A stretch of DNA of 64,000 nt from Diplonema japonicum (Eukaryota > Protista > Euglenozoa: Diplonemea). The translations under genes and the position numbers were made by a program. Of this stretch, positions 1 through 10,586 are shown one piece after another (position 1 is the first letter of the stretch; each line of letters begins with the position of its first letter). The notes under the pieces are model-generated. The model saw only the letters and a list, made by a program, of their open reading frames with translations, did no database searches and was not told the origin of the DNA. The DNA lies in assembly GCA_964019335.1 (NCBI GenBank), contig OZ025707.1:124001-188000 (forward strand). Reading direction: 5' to 3'.

Positions 1-592
1 ACGGATCAGGGAGGAGACGGTGGACAGCATCGCCATTGCATGGAGGCAGCTCACCGCTATGAACCACCCTCTTAAAGAAAAGGCACACACATCGCTGGTA
101 AGCATCGCGGCGAAGCTGGCGAAGAAACCCAAAGGCAGTGGTTCAAAAGCGTCCGCAAAACACTCTTGGATGCGCATTGCCGCGGCACTGGAGGCAAACC
201 TCGACCTCGTTGACCATGTGTGGAGCAGACTGCTGGATGCACTGGCAGACCCGGACACCGCCATGTCAGAACACAGCCCTGAGGTCATCGCAGCGGCAGT
301 GGCGGGGCTACTGATCCGCACCCACAAGTTTCACAAAAAAGATGACGAATCCATTAACTTGGCAGAGGACTTGCAGGCTGTAGAGGCAGGGTTGTTGAAC
401 ATGCTTGACTTGGAGTCTGAGGTATTCTCCCCCCCCACTTAAAAAAACCCACCCCAAACAACAAGGTCCCCCTTGCCACGCAAGCCTTTGCCTTCCGAGG
501 TCTGACTAACGTCTGGGCGGTTGGGTGCGGGCTGGACATCCTGCCCCAGCCGACCATACAGAAGCAGAATGAGTTCATCACGGCGTATGTGT

Positions 593-629
<37 letters not shown>

Positions 630-3229
630 TTTTCTTATTTTTTTTTTTTTTTTTATAGATTCGACAAACTCGTCCCCAATTTCCACCCGAAAGTAACACG
701 CACGGTGGCACACAACATCGCTGTTGAGGTCTGTCCGCGAAACGGAAAGAAAAAAAAAAAAAAAAAATAACTATTTATTCCGGGGCAGTAAAGTAGGGTT
801 TATTTCCCCGAGACAGATTGTGGCTCCCGAGGACATAATTTTTACCTCGCTTCGCTCGGTAAAAATTGGTTCCGAGGGGCCAGGACAATCTGTCGAGGGA
901 AAAGGTAAACCCTACTTTACCCCGGAATACGGCGTTTTATTTACAGTTTATTTTCCCGAGGCCTAAATTCTCAAAGAGCGGGACGTGGACTCCGGAATAC
1001 GCTGGACTATCACGCTTGTTTGTAGAATGAAAAAATAAAAATGGCAAAAGAAAAGAAAAAAAGGGGTGGAGTGGGTACTATCTACTCCTGGCGTGTGCGG
1101 ATGTTGATATTGATGTTGACGTCCTGTCAAAAGTCCTGCCATGTGTTGCACACTGCTTGTGCTCTGTTCCACGTACATTGCTGGCATGCTTGTGTTTCTC
1201 CATCCAAAATGTGATTGCATCATGGAGATAGATGCGCCGTTTTCAGCAGCAGCTGTGGCCGCAGAACGTCGGAAAGTGTGTGACGTAAACTTGGATATCT
1301 CATTGGCGGGCTTTCCGATGACGGATGCCACATCGTACCCCAGTTTGTATACCTTGTTTTTGCCAATGGGCGTTCCTCTCTCCGAAAGGAACAGACGCTT
1401 GGTCTCTTTCTTAGGTCGTAGCAACAAGTACTGGTCCATTGCTGATGCATAAATGCCAGTGTGCCCACCCGTCTTTGAACGTGCTGCAGTGCAGATAAAC
1501 CTCCCATCAACTTGATTCTTAACAATGTCGCTGATTTCCATCGACACCAAGCTTCGCAAGCTCTCATGCCCCCGCTAAACAGGCAAGCACGTGACGCTCT
1601 TCGTTACGGTCCCAGGACTTTAACGAAGACGTCAAGCGAGGCCAAGCTTGTAGTTTGCAGTTGTACTTGGCTTTGAAGGTTGCGTTCAATTTGGAGTAAA
1701 GACACCAGAGGCTCGATGCCTTGAGCCCGGCTTCCCTCCTGCTTTGGGAGTAGGTCACGATATCTTGCTCACGCGGCTTCCCTCCTGCTTTGGGAGTAGG
1801 TCACGATATCTTGCTCACGCGGCTTCCCTGCTATGTTCTCTGACTCGAGCATCGCAGTCCACGCTTTTTCATAGGAAGGGTTCTTATATGTGTTTGACTC
1901 ATAGATCTCTTCCATGCGCTTGACCTTCTTGCTTTTTGGCATCTTTGATAAAAAAAAAAGAGCTGGAAAAGAATTATGTTAGTTTATTTCCCCGCCCTGT
2001 TAAATTTGGCTTAAAAGTTTATTTGCCCGGGGGGGGGGGGGGGGGGGGGAACCCCTACTTTACGTTCCCCGCTCTTTGAGAATTTAGGCCGAGGGAAATA
2101 AACTGTGAAATGAAAAAAAAAAAAAAAAAAAAAAAACCCACAGAGAGAAATGCTGAGCCACGTGATGTGCGTCATCAAAATGCTGATGCTGGAGTACATT
2201 GACAGCAAGTGGGCCGCGACGGTGCTTGTGAAATGGCCCAATCTTCCGGCGAAGGCGCAGGAGGAGGTGAAGAAACTGCATAAGAGCTACGGGAAGACGG
2301 TATACCTCTTGGAGGAGAAGGCGATTATGTTTGCAAACCATCAGTACTACGAGGTAGGCGAGGAGGATGTGGAGGCGGCGGAGGGGGTCATCAAGAGTAT
2401 CTGCGTGAAGCTCGCGCAGCAAAACGGCGTGGGGAAGGGAGAGGAAACTGAGGGCGCGACAAAACTGTTACAACTCCTCGAGAAGCACGCATCAGAAAAC
2501 ACAAAAAACTGTTTCGTCCTCCACGCCGCGATCCCTTTCGTGAGGTACATGAAGAAACCCGACGCGAAAAAAATGCTGGTGGTTATGCAAAGCCGCGGGT
2601 ACGACCCGAACAGCACCTCAATCACATCTTTCATTACCGCGTTGAAAAGACGCGCTGGGGAAAAAATCCAAGAGGAACATACAAACAACGAAACCGCTAA
2701 AACCGCTAAAACCGACGATGCATCGCTGATCAAAGCATCGAGGAGCACAACAGGAACGGTGCCTAGGACGAAAACAAGTGTTTCATCCCAGCGAAAACGG
2801 TTGCTATATGATGATGACGACGATGAATCGGCAGTGGGAACGCCAACCCCGAAGCATAAGAAACAGAAGAAGAAACAGGCGGAACAGAAATCTGACCTCG
2901 CACCGTCGAGTCTTGACTTTTCCATGAATTTTGACGGCCCCGACAACACTCCGAACAAGGAAGCTGATACTTACTCCATGACATTCTCTTCCTTGGAGGC
3001 CTCGTCACAAGGGTCCCGTGTAGGGTCTTCCAGTGTTGTAGGTAAGTTGCGTAGCTCAGTAAACACCGTGACGTCGGAGGTCTTCCCAGCGAGTACGGAA
3101 AACGACACTGAGAATGTTTTTGTCGCGTCAGAAAGCGATGAAGATGATGATGATGATGAAGATGAAGAAATGTCGCCTGTGAACCGGCGTAGGATTTCCA
3201 CAGTTCGCAAGCCTCTTAGACAGGGGTAG
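1..3229 (+). CDS. SCC3/STAG-like cohesin subunit, C-terminal part (5' end outside window), spliced
   Basis: ORFs 20-442 and 2150-3229 join in frame via GT-AG introns 422-465, 585-658 and 729-2143, giving ...SE-VPLATQAFAFRGLTNVW...PQPTIQKQNEFITAFDK...VE-REMLSHVMCVIKMLMLEYIDSKWAATVLVKW. This resembles the STAG C-terminal pattern (AF..L.D..., P...Q, R..L..F.KLI...D...AA.IF), followed by a low-complexity acidic/basic tail. The gene model is well supported; the family call is moderate. Confidence 0.55.
766..2114 (-). mobile_element. Decayed tyrosine-recombinase DNA transposon (Crypton-like) inserted in the poly(A) run of intron 3
   Basis: YR remnants; about 45-bp inverted repeat between the terminus (2066-2112) and an internal copy (935-982); long imperfect hairpin 776-930; minus-strand terminus AATAAATAGTTATT (766-779) identical to the element at 60932-62597; flanked by A runs on both sides. 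Confidence 0.85.
963..1942 (-). pseudogene. Tyrosine recombinase pseudogene
   Basis: Starts MPKSKKVKRMEE at 1942 (homologous to MPKVKK... at 61284). A 46-nt tandem duplication (1728-1773/1774-1819) shifts the frame. C-terminal catalytic motifs SHTFRR, HFGW and AMY are present in ORF 963-1559; the first catalytic Arg box appears deleted. Confidence 0.85.
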
Positions 3230-3718
3230 ATTTGTTTTTTTTTTTTTTTTTTCTTCTTTCTTTTTTTTTCTTTTTTTTTTTCTCACCCCTCCTGCGGTTT
3301 TAATCGCTGGGGGGGCGGGGGGGGGGGGATCTGAAATTTTTAGATTTTTTTTTTAGAATTTCTCTTTTTTTTTAAAACCCCCCCCCTTCCCTAAACAAAT
3401 GTGTGGTGCACAGTTTTCTTCTTTTTTTTGTATGCATGAAAGTCTCTTTTGGGACCAAGGGCGGGGGGGGGGGGGGTCCTTTTCCCCCCTTTTTATTTTC
3501 CATTCACATTCTTAGATTTTACCGTTATCCTATATTTCTTCTTTTTTTTTTCTTTTTTTTTTTTACCTCCCCATCTTTTTTTTTTCTTCCCTTTTTCTTT
3601 TCTTTCTTGAAAGTTTTTTTTTTTCACGCCGTACGCACGACCCGCTTTGTAAGAAAAAGTAATTTTCTTTTTCTCCCGGTCTTTTTTTTTGGGGGGGGGG
3701 GGGGCGTGGATCGCATAG

Positions 3719-3810
3719 ATGATGACAGATGCTCACAACAGGTTCATCCCGTTCTGAGCCTTGCTTGCTTAGATGAGACACAGGGCTTTATTCATTTTCA
3801 CTCCTGACAA
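3719..3810 (+). ncRNA. Box C/D snoRNA family A, copy 1
   Basis: ATGATGA box C, internal CTGA (D') and GATGA (C'), terminal CTGA box D. The guide GGTTCATCCCG before D' is complementary to conserved LSU rRNA CGGGAUGAACC. Three copies in the window. Confidence 0.8.
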
Positions 3811-3846
3811 CAACCTTTCTTTTTTGAGGTTCCTATTTTGCTCTGC

Positions 3847-3962
3847 ATGATGATCACGAAACCAGAATAAGAGTAGTGGTGCATAGTGCGTGTCCCTCTT
3901 CTTGAGGGATGCACACAAAGACGCATAAACGGTTTTCCTCCTAAAACTAAAAACACTGACCC
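3847..3962 (+). ncRNA. Box C/D snoRNA family B, copy 1
   Basis: ATGATGA...CTGA. Internal hairpin GTGCGTGTCCCTC/GAGGGATGCACAC. GTAGTGGT is complementary to LSU ACCACUAC and TTTTCCTCC to LSU GGAGGAAAA. Three copies. Confidence 0.7.
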
Positions 3963-3984
3963 TCATCTCCCCTTTGAAAGCCAA

Positions 3985-4070
3985 ATGATGCAGATATAAA
4001 AACTCAAGTATTTCATTTATTCGATTCTGTTGATGAGATCAAATTTTTTAACCTCACAAAAGACTGATTT
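3985..4070 (+). ncRNA. Box C/D snoRNA family C, copy 1
   Basis: ATGATGC (variant box C), internal TGATGA, terminal CTGA. Conserved in three copies while the flanks diverge. Confidence 0.6.
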
Positions 4071-4242
4071 TTCTTTTTTTTTTTCTTTTGCCTGATGAGG
4101 ACAGCACCTGGGGGAGTTGCGAGATATGTCCGAACCTGAGAGATGCCTAGTACTGACTATACCCCCTCCCCTTCTTCTAGGGGCCCCTGCGGCTCTCACA
4201 CGGAGTTTGCATGTGACATATGTCCCCCCACCCTCCTCATGG

Positions 4243-4336
4243 ATGATGATAGATGCTTTCACAACAGGTTCATCCCGTTCTGAGCCTTGCTTGCTTAGAT
4301 GAGACACAGGGCTTTATTCATTTTCACTCCTGACAC
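4243..4336 (+). ncRNA. Box C/D snoRNA family A, copy 2
   Basis: Near-identical to 3719-3810. Confidence 0.8.
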
Positions 4337-4374
4337 ACTTCCCACACTTCCTTTTTTTGGATTTCTATTTTTGT

Positions 4375-4488
4375 ATGATGATCACGAAACCAGAATAAGA
4401 GTAGTGGTGCATAGTGCGTGTCCCTCTTCTTGAGGGATGCACACAAAGACGCATAAACGGTTTTCCTCCTAAAACTAAACACTGACCC
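4375..4488 (+). ncRNA. Box C/D snoRNA family B, copy 2
   Basis: Near-identical to 3847-3962. Confidence 0.7.
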
Positions 4489-4510
4489 TCATCTCCCCTT
4501 TGAAAGCCAA

Positions 4511-4596
4511 ATGATGCAGATATAAAAACTCAAGTATTTCATTTATTCGATTCTGTTGATGAGATCAAAATTTTTAACCTCACAAAAGACTGATTT
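4511..4596 (+). ncRNA. Box C/D snoRNA family C, copy 2
   Basis: Near-identical to 3985-4070. Confidence 0.6.
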
Positions 4597-4618
4597 TCTC
4601 TTTTTTTTTTTTTTTTTT

Positions 4619-4837
4619 CGTGGTTGGGAACGGTACTCTCCGACTTACTAGGACGCTAGTAGGAACCATTGAAGGGTGCCTCTTGCCTGATGAGGACGGC
4701 ACCTGGAGGAGTTGCAAGATGAGTCCGAAGCTGAGGGATACCTGGTACTGCCACGAAAGTTCGGTCCGGGAGGGCCTTATTCCCTGTGCAGCTCTTACGC
4801 AGAGCAAAAATGATGTCCCTTCACTGCATGCCAATTT

Positions 4838-4840
<3 letters not shown>
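4619..4840 (+). ncRNA. Unassigned structured RNA candidate within the snoRNA cluster
   Basis: GC-balanced island between T runs with many helices; a diverged partial copy lies at 4090-4230. Confidence 0.4.
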
Positions 4841-4871
<31 letters not shown>

Positions 4872-4904
4872 AATCCCGCCTCTAATACCCCCCCCTCCTC
4901 ATGG

Positions 4905-4998
4905 ATGATGATAGATGCTTTCACAACAGGTTCATCCCGTTCTGAGCCTTGCTTGCTTAGATGAGACACAGGGCTTTATTCATTTTCACTCCTGACAC
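4905..4998 (+). ncRNA. Box C/D snoRNA family A, copy 3
   Basis: Matches copy 2 across the boxes and guides. Confidence 0.8.
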
Positions 4999-5069
4999 GA
5001 TGGGACGTTTTTAAAAAGATTTTTTTTTATACCTCACAACAAAAAAAAAAAAGAGAGGGGGGAAAAAAA

Positions 5070-6851
5070 ATGATGAACGGGGGCACGTCGTCAGGGTGCT
5101 CCGTAGATGGGGAGATCACGTTGGTTGAACCGAACAGTTTGAACCTGGGAAGTGTAGACTGGCAGGCGTTGGAGATGAAGTTCAACGAGTTAAATGCCCT
5201 GCGCAACGCACCGCGAAGCGGTCTGAACGCATGCCGAGCACGAAAACAACAAAAAGAAAAGGTCGCATCAGCCATCGAGTCCCTACTGGAAATGGCACAA
5301 GCCGCGTGCCGGCGACTATTAGTGGAAGGCAACGCGAAGGAAGCGGTGGAAGGCGGTCTCAAAACACTAAAACTCAAAGAAGCGTATTACTCAACAGGCT
5401 CGCTGCAGCTCATCCCTGCATACTTCCACCTCGCACGGACAAACCAATACATGGATAAGTTCAAAGCCGCAGAAGAATTCCTCTCCCTAGCACAATGGAC
5501 TATTCTCCGCCACCCTGAATGCGACGTTGCCCTAAAGGCAGAACTGCACCAGACATACGGCCTTCTATATGCATCAGACGGCCGTCTTGACATAGCTTTG
5601 AAGCAACTTGCTCAGGCAACGTATTACCTGACCGAGCTTAACGGTGCGGAGCATGTATTGACCTCGTTCGGTTTTTTCGATCTTGGGAACGTCTTCGCGG
5701 CGAAGGCCAACATGGACTGCGCCATGTCTTTTTACGATAGGGTAAAGGATATATGGTACAAGCATCTCACTGAATGTTTTCAATGCCAGCCTTTTGACGT
5801 TAAAGCCAGACCTGTACAGCTTCTTTCCCCGGAGCAGCTTGGCGAGGAAAATCTTCAGGACGCGCTTAAAATGCTGAAGGGGATCGTTGGCCTGCAGACT
5901 GAACGCTTCACGCAGGTACATCCTTGCACGGGGAAGGCCGACCTTGTCCTAGGACTATTCAACGTGTGGATAGCCGACAACAGCGAAGCCCAAGAGTGCC
6001 TTGGCCGTGCGTTGGAAATTCACAAAAGAGTTTACGGTGTCAGCCACCCGACGGTGAACGCAATTAAATGTTACATGAGCCAGTTTAAATACCCTATCCC
6101 CGAGCACACAGACCACTATCTCAACCCCAAAACCGCAAACGAGGCAAGCGAAGCAGAGAAGGCCGCGGCAGCACTTAAAATACAGGCGCTTCACCGCGGC
6201 AGGAACGTGCGGAAAAAGATCAAAGAAACCAAAAAGGAAACAGGGGAAGAGCCCAAAATCGACCTCCAGCCCATGACCGAGGACGGTGCCGCCACGCGGA
6301 TTCAAGCCCTGCAACGAGGGAGACAGGCACGGAAGAAGACAGTAAAAGGTATTAAGAAGAAGGAAAAAAAAAAAAAAAAAATCTCACGAACAGTTCCCAC
6401 CGAAGAAAAAAGCAAACCAACCGCTTTGGCCAATGGGAAGGTGCAGTGGTCCGAGGACGAGGCAGCAACGAAGATACAGGCCTTGCAAAGAGGGCGGCAG
6501 ACAAGGAAGAAAAAGGTTGAAAAACCAGAGGAAACAGCGCCGGCGGAAGAAACAGCAAAAGAGAATAAAGATGCCGAGCCTGTGGAAGAAGACAAAGCCC
6601 CGGAAGAAGAGGCACCACCTCCACAAGATGCCCCACAAGCAGAAGAAGAAGGGGAAACCAACCCCCCCAACGAAACACCGGCAGAAGAAGAGGGGGAAGC
6701 CAAGGCTCCTTCCGAAACGCCAGCAGAAGAAGAAGGGGAAACCAACCCCCCAAACGAAACACCGGCAGAAGAAGAGGGAAAACCTGCAGACACCACACTG
6801 AACGAACCACCACCAGAAGAAGCCCCGATCCCAGAAGAGGCAGCCTCATGA
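5070..6851 (+). CDS. ZMYND12/TAX-1-like axonemal TPR protein (no MYND finger) with three IQ motifs and an acidic Pro/Glu-rich repeat tail
   Basis: LIPAYFHLA...AEEFLSLAQWTIL...LHQTYGLLY...TSFGFFDLGNVF matches the ZMYND12 TPR region. IQALHRG/IQALQRG x3. Probable in-frame 45-nt intron at 6349-6393. Confidence 0.75.
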   Translation: MMNGGTSSGCSVDGEITLVEPNSLNLGSVDWQALEMKFNELNALRNAPRSGLNACRARKQQKEKVASAIESLLEMAQAACRRLLVEGNAKEAVEGGLKTLKLKEAYYSTGSLQLIPAYFHLARTNQYMDKFKAAEEFLSLAQWTILRHPECDVALKAELHQTYGLLYASDGRLDIALKQLAQATYYLTELNGAEHVLTSFGFFDLGNVFAAKANMDCAMSFYDRVKDIWYKHLTECFQCQPFDVKARPVQLLSPEQLGEENLQDALKMLKGIVGLQTERFTQVHPCTGKADLVLGLFNVWIADNSEAQECLGRALEIHKRVYGVSHPTVNAIKCYMSQFKYPIPEHTDHYLNPKTANEASEAEKAAAALKIQALHRGRNVRKKIKETKKETGEEPKIDLQPMTEDGAATRIQALQRGRQARKKTVKGIKKKEKKKKKISRTVPTEEKSKPTALANGKVQWSEDEAATKIQALQRGRQTRKKKVEKPEETAPAEETAKENKDAEPVEEDKAPEEEAPPPQDAPQAEEEGETNPPNETPAEEEGEAKAPSETPAEEEGETNPPNETPAEEEGKPADTTLNEPPPEEAPIPEEAAS

Positions 6852-6855
6852 GGGG

Positions 6856-6889
<34 letters not shown>

Positions 6890-6996
6890 CCTTCCCCCCA
6901 TGTGAATACCGGCAAAAAAAAAATTTTTTTTTTTGTCTTCGCTCACTTTGTGCAAAAAAGTTTTTTTTTTTTTTTTAGAAGAAGGGGGGGCACGGG

Positions 6997-7540
6997 ATGT
7001 CGAAACCGCTTCAAGAGCCGGATCTGACTGAAAGAGAGAAGAAGCTAGAAGAGGTTGCCCCCCGTTTGGGGAAGGCATGGCCGTGGATAATCATGGCGGT
7101 GAATTTATATCTGGGTGCGGGGTGTATAGGGGCTTTCGTGGTGTTGATAGTATTTGCGGCAGATGCACAACCTTCTTTCGCAGATGACCTAGATATTCCA
7201 CCTTATCTGTGGGCTGTGAATGGGATTCTCTTCTGTGCGTGTGCACTAGGAGCACTCGCGGGGCTCGGTCTCTTTATTGCTGAAGACAAGGTGGCCGCCG
7301 CTCTGCTCCGTCTGCAAGCGGTCAACATGTTCCTCTCCTTCGTGATCGTCGTGCTCACAATAGTAGCTGCTGCGGTCTACTCCGTCTCTGATTTTGCCAG
7401 TAAGCACACCTGGACTATTCCTTGCTTCATTGTGTATTCTCTTTATACTTGTGTTGAATACACTCTCTGGGGTGTGGTCTCGCACCAGGCCTTTAAGCTG
7501 ATCGTGATTTTTGCCCCTTTTAGTCAGGCCGAGGTATGGG

Positions 7541-7572
<32 letters not shown>

Positions 7573-7601
7573 AGGAGACACATATAAACCTCGAACCTTG
7601 A
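6997..7601 (+). CDS. Four-pass membrane protein, hypothetical
   Basis: Four hydrophobic segments. A probable intron 7534-7574 (GTATGG...GCAG) gives the C-terminus ETHINLEP*. Confidence 0.65.
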
Positions 7602-7902
7602 CATTCTTTTTTTTTTTTTTCTTCTTTTTTCCGTTGTGGACCAAAAAAAAAAGTCCACTTTTTTGTTTTTCTCAAGAGAAAAAAGGAGATTTTTTTTTGG
7701 CGAAAAAAAAAAAAAAAAAAAAAAAAAAATCAGTTTCGGTATTTTGTTTTCTTTTTTTTTTCCAGGCGTCCTGCCACATACCGCAGGTACCCTTAAATGT
7801 CTCTTTTTTCTTTTTTTTTTTTTTCCTTTGAAATAACACACATCGTTATTCCTTTATTCTCACGGGGTGGGGGGCGAGAGGGTTTTATTTATTTATTTAT
7901 TT

Positions 7903-8444
7903 CATAGCCTGCACGCTATAACGCAAGCATAACGTTATCAAATTGATATTTTAAAATACCCGGTATCAAATACCATAACGCAAAAAAAGGCCCATAATCT
8001 TGCTACGTCTGCTTACGATGCAGCGAACAAAGCGCTGTTCCCTCATGCATCTCATGCATCGTCTGGAGTCCACTGACTCGGGAATCTCTCTAAGTACTTT
8101 CTGGGGGTAGCCATGCCTTCCAAACACCCACAAGTACCCCTCTAGTTCTCTCTTAGGCTCCATCCCTCCCTATTGCACTCTTGAAACAGCGTCTTCTCAT
8201 TCTCCAAATTTTCACCGATTAAAATAACATAAAAATAACATAAAATAACGCACCCAAAATTCGCCAAAAATTGGGGTTAAGTTACCCATGTTCATGGTCT
8301 CCAAAAATCATATTTTGTGTTTCTGGACCCCATCTCGACATCTGCGGGGGTATAGAGAACCTCGGCGTGCCCAGGCCAATTTTGCACTATTTAAACAAAC
8401 CGATTAAAATACCCGGTTGGTATCGGTATAACGTGCAGGCTATG
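7903..8444. mobile_element. Non-autonomous TIR element (MITE) in a (TTTA)n microsatellite
   Basis: TIRs CATAGCCTGCACGCTATA (7903-7920) and TATAACGTGCAGGCTATG (8427-8444) match at 17/18. AAAATACCCGGT is repeated near both ends. TSD length is ambiguous inside the microsatellite. Confidence 0.8.
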
Positions 8445-8973
8445 TTATTTATTTATTTATTTATTTTGAACAAGCACCCCCATGCACACTGAAACCTTAT
8501 CGAATTTACTTTGCAGCGACATAAAAAGAAGAAGGGAAAAAAAAAAAGAGGGGTAGTGATAACCTAGCTATTTTTTAACTCCCCTTTTAAGGAGAGAAGG
8601 GAGAGGGGTGAGGAACCGGAAGGGAGGGGAAAGACTTACAACAGTTTGTTTTTCCCTCTCTCCCTCTCTTTCTCCCCTCCCCCCTTTTTTTTTTCTTTTT
8701 CTTTTCTTCTTCCACCTCCTTACCCCTTCATCTTCTTCTTCTTCTTCTTCCCATATTTCGTGATGCAAAGAAAAAAAAAAAGAAGAAAAAAAAAAAAACT
8801 GATTTCCAATACCCATCGCCTCCCCTTCTACCCGGATGAGAAGAAAATGTGTATAACCCCCGTTTTCAAAATTTATTATTCGTTTGCAGGGGGGGGGGGG
8901 GAAAGGGGGAAAAAAAAAAAGACAGCGGCGGCGGCGGCTGGGTGGGGAAAAAAAAAAAAAAAAAGAAAAGAAA

Positions 8974-9603
8974 ATGAAGCACGTGGTTTACTTCACAATA
9001 TGTTTTCTAGCAGCCGTCGGTGAGGGCCACCAAGAGGAAGCAGACGCAGTAGGGATCTTGTTTAACACTGACTGCACGGGTCAGGACACCACGTGTGTCG
9101 CAGGGTTCAAGTTAGATATCCAGGCAACTGAGGATGTAAACATAGACAACTTTATACCTGAGGTGACAGAGGTCCCATTGGAAAGCTGGAGCTACGCGCT
9201 GAGACTTGTGTGTGAAAACGATGAACTTGAAAGGAACGCGAGTACCGTCTTTTGTAGGAAATCCTACGCCGATAAGAATTTCGACCGGTGCATCTCTGAT
9301 GAGGGTTACCCTTTTACTTGCCCGTTCCCCGCCACCTCTTGGTACCTCCTTCTCTCCGCAAATGTAAACCCCGCCTCGCAGCTTCCCCGCAGCCTCGACA
9401 TATCTGGGAACATTTTCATCTGCAGCTCCCTCACGTGTGCTTCGTCGAATTCCACTGGTAAATGGGTCCCAGTGTTGCTTGGCTTAGGCCTCGCTCTGTG
9501 CATGTTGCTGTGTTGCATAGGTTACACGAAGTGGCGGAATTACAAGATCGCAAAACAGCATGAAACAGCACCTATTCTAGCCCCGAAAATTTATACAGCT
9601 TGA
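8974..9603 (+). CDS. Cys-rich type I membrane protein, hypothetical
   Basis: MKHVVYFTICFLAAVGEG signal peptide, Cys-rich ectodomain, C-terminal TM segment WVPVLLGLGLALCMLLCCIGY followed by basic residues. Confidence 0.7.
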   Translation: MKHVVYFTICFLAAVGEGHQEEADAVGILFNTDCTGQDTTCVAGFKLDIQATEDVNIDNFIPEVTEVPLESWSYALRLVCENDELERNASTVFCRKSYADKNFDRCISDEGYPFTCPFPATSWYLLLSANVNPASQLPRSLDISGNIFICSSLTCASSNSTGKWVPVLLGLGLALCMLLCCIGYTKWRNYKIAKQHETAPILAPKIYTA

Positions 9604-9616
9604 GGGGAGGGAGGTG

Positions 9617-9647
<31 letters not shown>

Positions 9648-10041
9648 TTTTTTTTTTTCCAGTCCTCCTCATCTGCGTTATTACGGGGAGAAAAAAAAAG
9701 GGGGGGGGGAGAGAGAGGGTAGTAGTAAAAAAAATGAAAAGCGGCGGATACTTTCAAAAAAAAAAAAAATGATGGATTCTTTATTCCTCCCCCTTCCCAC
9801 CCAACTTGATAAAGAGAGCAAAAAAAAAGAAGGAAAAAAAAGCCGTTTCACCGACTTCCCCCCCTCCCCCCCCACCACCAACAAAAAAAAAAATTAGTGA
9901 CACAGCCAGCAACCCGTTATGAAAGCAGTTTGTCATCAAATAGATCGTTTCTACTTTACCGTGTGATTTCCTTTTTCTTTCTTCTTGTTTCTTCTTCTTC
10001 TTTTTTTTTTTTTTCTGCGTTGGCCGAACTATTTTGTTTAA

Positions 10042-10180
10042 CGCTTCATATCCGCTAAGTGACCCGGCCAATGTCCAAATTGGTCATAGACAGGGGAAAA
10101 CCTCGAAAAATGGCAAAAGGTTTTATTTAGCCCCTCAAAGAATGCGGGCTGTGATGGGTAACTTATCGGATATGAAGCGC
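10042..10180. mobile_element. Small piggyBac-type MITE
   Basis: Inverted repeat CGCTTCATATCCGCTAAGTGACCC / GGGTAACTTATCGGATATGAAGCG flanked by TTAA at 10038-10041 and 10181-10184. Confidence 0.55.
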
Positions 10181-10183
10181 TTA

Positions 10184-10216
<33 letters not shown>

Positions 10217-10586
10217 GGCTGAGCAGTCCCTTGTTGTACGATGTCCAGCACAGCCCTGAGGTGCACCTTCTCGGTCCGCACAACTTCAGATCCACCACAA
10301 CCCCCCCCACGTCCCTGTGGTGAAACCTCCACAATCAGTCAACCGAATCCACAATCATGTTGTCTATTAATCCTTGCTTCGGGTCCATTAGTAACTGCCG
10401 TAACCGATAACAGCAATTTGCAACGGGATTTTTCTTTTTTTTTTTTTTTTGGTGGGGGTGTGTGGTTTCACGATATTCTTCCACATCCATGGGGAAGGGT
10501 TCATTTTTTTTTTTTTTTTTTTTTATAAAGTTTCTTCATAAACCGTGTTCTTCTATAGTAAGGAAAAAAAAAAAAAAAAAAAAAAA

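Noticed and set aside
4687-4765. CTGATGAG...CGAAA as a hammerhead ribozyme
   Set aside because: Stems I and III and the NUH site could not be formed convincingly; the second copy lacks GAAA.
3563-4969. Repeated minus-strand ORFs MSHLSKQGSERDEPVV...
   Set aside because: Antisense translation of the repeated snoRNA A; they run into homopolymers.
7500-10540. Numerous poly-Lys/poly-Phe ORFs
   Set aside because: Translation artefacts of A/T homopolymer tracts.
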